Shown here: piece by piece, positions 59,811 to 64,000 of the stretch
Layout: every line of letters starts with the position of its first letter
Numbering within the stretch: position 1 is the first letter of the stretch
Source of the DNA: Blastocladiella emersonii ATCC 22665
Lineage: Eukaryota; Fungi; Blastocladiomycota
DNA length: 64,000 nt
Assembly (NCBI GenBank): GCA_025594325.1
Contig: JANHCV010000005.1
Location: 496,001 to 560,000 of the forward strand
Direction: 5' to 3'
Made by a program: the position numbers and the translations under genes
The notes under the pieces: model-generated
Told to the model about the DNA's origin: nothing
Databases searched by the model: none
What the model saw: only the letters and a program-made list of their open reading frames with translations

Positions 59811-61354
59811 CTACAGCCGCGACTGAAGGAACTCTTCAAAGCTCATCGCGGCCACAGCCACCTTCTCGTCCGACTCCTCGTCACCAACCGCCTGATGTGT
59901 CGGCTCTGTCACGCCGCTATCGAGGAACGCGAACACGACCGCCATCACGACCGCGAGCCCGGAAAACACGCCCACGCACGCGAGCATGCCCCAGTGCTCA
60001 AACAGCGCGCCCGCAGCAATCGGGCCGAGCGACAGAGACAGCGCAAACGACATGTGGAAGATGGCGTAAACCTGCCCGGCCGCGTCGCGGTGGTGCGCGT
60101 CAATGTACGCGCCCATGGACGGCAGGGTTGGGGTCAGCGCGACCGTGAACGTCGCGCCCGTCGCGACGAGAATCACGACCGTGAACGCGAGCGAGATCGG
60201 GACGCCGATGAAGGGCGCGACGGCGGCGAACGCCAGGGTGCCGATGACGAGGACGGGGCGCGGCGAGAAGCGGTCACACAGCCAGCCAGCTGAAATGGAG
60301 ATCGGGAGTGATGGGATCAGTGATCGCAGTGCAGCCGGATCTCAAGCGACTGAAATGCGTACCGATTGGGCCAACAATGATACCGGGCACGGCGGGAGCG
60401 AGGAATATGAGCCCGTTGACCGTGACGGACGTGTCGTACTGCGCCGTGAGGTACGGCGGAAGGATGGGCTCGAGTCCAGCGACGAGCAGCCCGAGGACGA
60501 AGACGACGCACGCGTTGAGCCACACGGGCCGCGCACGTATCAGCGTCAGGATCGACGTGCTGCCGCCGCCGGTCTTGATCGCACCGTCCTTGGCCTCGAG
60601 CTGCGCCCGCTTGTACGCCCGGGCAGGCTCGTCGTCGACGAGCAGCCGGAACACGAGACACGCGGCGGCCAGCGCGAGCGCGGCCCAAAACGGCGCCGTC
60701 GGACCGACCTTGCCGTACAGCAGGCCGCCGAGCGCGGGACCGACCATGCCGCCCGCGTTCATTCCCGCGAGCGCGATCCCCATGGCGACGCCGAGCTCCG
60801 AGGTTGGATATACGTCGCCGATGAGCGCGAAACTCAGCGTGAGGTTGCCCGCGGCGGCGACGCCCTGCACGGCGCGGACGAGGAGATAGTGCCAGTACTC
60901 GGTCACCAGCGTGTAGAGGAGTGAGGTCACGGCGAGGATGATCAGGCTGACGACGACGGGAAGCTTGCGCGAGCCAAACTTGTCCGAGACCCGGCCGAAC
61001 AGCGGCGTGGACACGAGCTGGGTGATCGCTGTTGAGGAGCAATGACAGTGAGCGGCGGTTCTAGGAGAGGGTTCCTGATGCAGCGATAATCGTACCAAAG
61101 ATCGAAACGAGCACACCAACCCGCGAGGGGGTGCTGCCGAGCTGGTTGATGGCGATCTCGGGGAGCAGGGGGATCACGGCCGCATCTACGACGCAGCGAC
61201 AGGGACGAGTTAACGACGCGCCGTTTGATCGGAGGTGTGATGTGCACGCACAGACGAACATGTCGGCGAACACGGTCGCCGTGACGAGGATCGTGATCGA
61301 CCGCGGGTGGAAGCGGAGCCACTCGAGCCAGGTCAGCGATTTCTGGGCCATCAT
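59811..61354 (-). CDS. MFS transporter (vesicular amine transporter/SLC18-like), multi-exon
   Basis: GRVSDKFGSRK MFS motif A, about 12 hydrophobic segments, GWLCDRF second repeat. Confidence 0.85.
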
Positions 61355-62149
61355 GGCGTGTACTTGATAGTCAACTGGAGCCCAGCTTGTGGAGAAGGGG
61401 AGACCTAGAGCTTTATACGGAGCTATCCGGTGGCTCGGTTCCGCTCAGTCTGGAAGTGTTCGGCGCCAGGCAGGGCCGGCAAGTGGCGGAGGCGGGTTGA
61501 GTCACCAAGCCCCGCGTCATTCGTACGCGTTGCGCCGCGTCAACGCGGAACGACAATGCGGCTGTGCACCCGGAGAAAACACCGAACACTCGTGATGAAC
61601 CTCCCTAACATGAGCGGTCGATCAAGTGCGTCATGAGATGCGGAAATAAGGGTGAGTGTGATTCGGGCGATGCCGCTTGACTTCAGTCCAAACCCGTTGG
61701 GCTGCAACTGACCGTGTTTCACGCCTCACCGATCGTTTTGCTCGAGCTCGAAGCAATTCAGCCTACGGCTACACCAGAAGTGCTCGCACCTCTGGCTGCA
61801 CTCGAAATCGGGATGAGACACATCGTCATGTGAGTGGCGCAGCGCGTCCTTGGTCGAGCGCGGTTTGTGGAGAACGCTTCACCCTCCGCCCACGCTAAGC
61901 AACTCGAGCTCTGTGAAACGGCGGATCGCTTGGACGTGTGTCCCTCGCGGACGCGGAGGATAGTGGTACCGCAACCGCGGCAGCGCAGCACCTGGAATTT
62001 GCTGGCGGCGAGACTTGCGCGTCGAGTAAGAGCTGGTTATGCAGTTTGACCGTCGCCGACGTTGTTCTGTAACTAAGAAGCTGTGATGCGAGTATAATAT
62101 CCAGTTGCAGGTCGGCGTTCGACATTTGCACGACAGCACGTAGAAGCAA

Positions 62150-62220
62150 GCACGCATGGTTTAATGGTAAAATTCTACCCTCCCAAGGTAGAGCTCCGGG
62201 TTCGATTCCCGGTGCGTGCA
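62150..62220 (+). tRNA. tRNA-Gly (anticodon CCC)
   Basis: Acceptor stem GCACGCA/TGCGTGC plus discriminator A; D-loop TGGTTTAATGGT; anticodon stem CTACC/GGTAG with CCC at 62182-62184; GGTTCGATTCC T-loop; TTTT terminator at 62221. Confidence 0.95.
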
Positions 62221-62229
62221 TTTTGAATT

Positions 62230-62650
62230 ATGTTTTGCCTCAACTGCAGGATGGGGGGCTTGGTCGTGGCGCTCACGAGAATTACGGTTTTGACTCTTTG
62301 GTGTTGCAAACTCGGCGATGCAGGCTTGGTAAACATCTTTCGCGCACTTCCGTCTACTGTTTGTGACCTCAAGTTCACTCAAGCGGGAATCACTGGGCGT
62401 GGGTTTGGCGAAGCAAGCCCGTTTCTTCCGAAGCGACTTCGCAAGCTAGCTTAAGCTGTCATTCAGCATCATCAGAGCGTCGGATACAACAACACCTCAG
62501 CGTTGGGAGCTCCCTGCGACCCTCTCTACCTTGGATCTGACCGGGTGCGCCCTCAGCTTTCCAGAGGCGCGTGCACTTGCCCGCGTTCTCCCACTCAGTA
62601 TCGAGTCGCTCAACCTCCGCTCTTGTCGGCTCAGCAGCGAGAGTGTGGGT
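62230..62650 (+). pseudogene. LRR gene remnant homologous to 42301-43998
   Basis: CKLGDAGLVNIFRALPS..GFGEASPFLPKRLRKL* and LTGCALSFPEARALARVLPLSIESL align with CSLGDAGLVNLLLVLPP and LIGCPLSTPIAMALARALPPGIEAL; contains stops and frameshifts. Confidence 0.75.
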
Positions 62651-63000
62651 GAGTCTAGAAGGAATTGCAGACCTGTGCGAGGGCGCGCCTCCTTGTTCCT
62701 TCAACATGATTTCGTGAATAATCGATTCTGCAATCAGAAATATATCTCCATGTATTTTCCATGCGCTCCCCAGCGATTCGTACTTTTGTTCAGTTCACAT
62801 GCCGGCGACGCGTGCTCATGTGAGTGGCGCAACACGCCAGCTCAAATCAGGCCGCGTTGACCAAGCATACGCAACCCAGCCAGCAGCCTGGCTTCGCGGT
62901 CATTTTCGTGCCGCGCCCCTTGAGGCGAAGCTTCAGGTTTGAGGTTTGGCAACTCATTGGACACATGTGTGACAATTCACGAAGTAAATATTCGTGTTTC

Positions 63001-64000
63001 TCAGGCAGAAGCAAAGTCCGTGGCGAGCCACCACTCGAGCGCCGCGGGCTTGTTGTGGCGACGCGCGGCAGCCAGCATCTCGTCCTTGTCGAACTTGATC
63101 GGGAGACCGCTGTTCTTCCACCACTCGAGCGTGTGGACGTGGCCCGCCGCGGTGGCCTCGGACAGGGCTTGCTCAGAGTATTTCAGCTCGAGCCCGGACC
63201 GCACCCACCAGTCGAGCACGTTGTTGAACCCGCCGTAGCTCGCGCCGTTCATGGCCCACTCCGTGTACTCGCAGCCGTGCGTGGACGCGCGCCACCAGTC
63301 GAGCGTCGCGACCTGGCCGTACCGGCTGGCCAGCATGAACGGCGAGCCCTGGGTGCTGCTCAGCCCGCGTGCGTCGAGCCAGTCGAGCACGTCGATCCGC
63401 CCGAGCGAGCTCGCGGTCGGCGTGAACCGCCCAGCGAGCTCGGCCGCGGTCAGCGTGAGCGCGAGGCGGGCGTTGAGCACCGTCGGGATGCCGCTGGCCA
63501 GCCACCAGTCGACGACGGCAAAGTTGCCGTCGCGGAGCGGCTGCTCGATGGCGAACTTGCACAATTTCATGGGCAACCCGCTCGCCTTCCACCACTCGAG
63601 CACGTCGACGCGGCCGCGTGCGCTCGCGCCGTTCACGGACCGCGATGTGTACTCGAGCGGCAGCCCGCTCGACTTCCACCAGTCGAGCACGCTCACGAGG
63701 CCGTGTACGCCCGCGTCGTCGACGGGAAGGTAGTTGTAGCGGAGCGGAAGTCCACTGACCTTCCACCAATTGAGCACGTCAAGGCGCGAGTTGACGGACG
63801 CGGCCCACATTGCCTTCGTCGAGTGTTTGAGGTGCAGGCCCGAGTCGCGCCACCACTGCAGCACGTCGAGGTGTCCGTTCGCACTCGCCCACCGCAGCGC
63901 GGCGTTTGAGTACTTGAGGCGCAGCCCCGACGTGCGCCACCACGCGAGGACGGCGACGTGACCGTTCCCACTTGCGCGGTCCATGGCGTCGCGCGAGTAG
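63001..64000 (-). CDS. Ankyrin-like repeat gene, second copy (5' end beyond the window edge)
   Basis: Translation identical to the C-terminal part of 40614-41849; nucleotides 62986-64000 appear to be the exact reverse complement of 40850-41864. Confidence 0.9.
   Translation of the reverse strand, partial: YSRDAMDRASGNGHVAVLAWWRTSGLRLKYSNAALRWASANGHLDVLQWWRDSGLHLKHSTKAMWAASVNSRLDVLNWWKVSGLPLRYNYLPVDDAGVHGLVSVLDWWKSSGLPLEYTSRSVNGASARGRVDVLEWWKASGLPMKLCKFAIEQPLRDGNFAVVDWWLASGIPTVLNARLALTLTAAELAGRFTPTASSLGRIDVLDWLDARGLSSTQGSPFMLASRYGQVATLDWWRASTHGCEYTEWAMNGASYGGFNNVLDWWVRSGLELKYSEQALSEATAAGHVHTLEWWKNSGLPIKFDKDEMLAAARRHNKPAALEWWLATDFASA

Noticed and set aside
1-64000. CRISPR arrays, rRNA genes or prokaryotic operons
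   Set aside because: None seen; the window is intron-containing eukaryotic DNA and all repeats are explained as LTRs, tandem duplications, microsatellites or protein repeats.

Overview
GC-rich eukaryotic genomic DNA with short spliceosomal introns. Fungal genes (ERG26, PEP4, AIM24) sit alongside a ciliary gene (CEP19-like), which points to a zoosporic fungus; Blastocladiomycota is my inference, not a database result. (1) 1-12.5 kb is an accessory, transposon-rich zone. It holds a young but internally decayed Ty3/Gypsy chromovirus (3537-8888, 216-bp LTRs) and an inverted 754-bp partial copy (2022-2775). Swapped target-site duplications show the 761-bp spacer between the two copies has been flipped, and a small membrane-protein gene there has been split. 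A PIF1-helicase pseudogene follows, bracketed by 18-bp palindromic inverted repeats. (2) 12.6-38 kb is a dense block of mostly housekeeping genes: NIF3, AIM24, EAF-like, exportin-5/MSN5, ERG26, YRA1/ALY, sulfiredoxin, CEP19-like, SMYD, RPL2 and several hypotheticals. (3) 38.8-64 kb contains two cystinosin paralogs, NSE3, an F-box/LRR gene, PEP4, EMG1, a very large Pho80/Pcl-like cyclin, an MFS transporter and tRNA-Gly(CCC). It also carries an ankyrin-like/LRR gene module present twice in inverted orientation. The top candidate novelty is the retrotransposon primer-binding site. It is not tRNA-like: it reads T7 followed by the exact complement of an 8-nt LTR sequence lying 16 nt downstream of an AATAGA hexamer. 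This suggests the element primes reverse transcription with its own polyadenylated 3' end. All calls come from manual reading and motif recognition; no searches were run.
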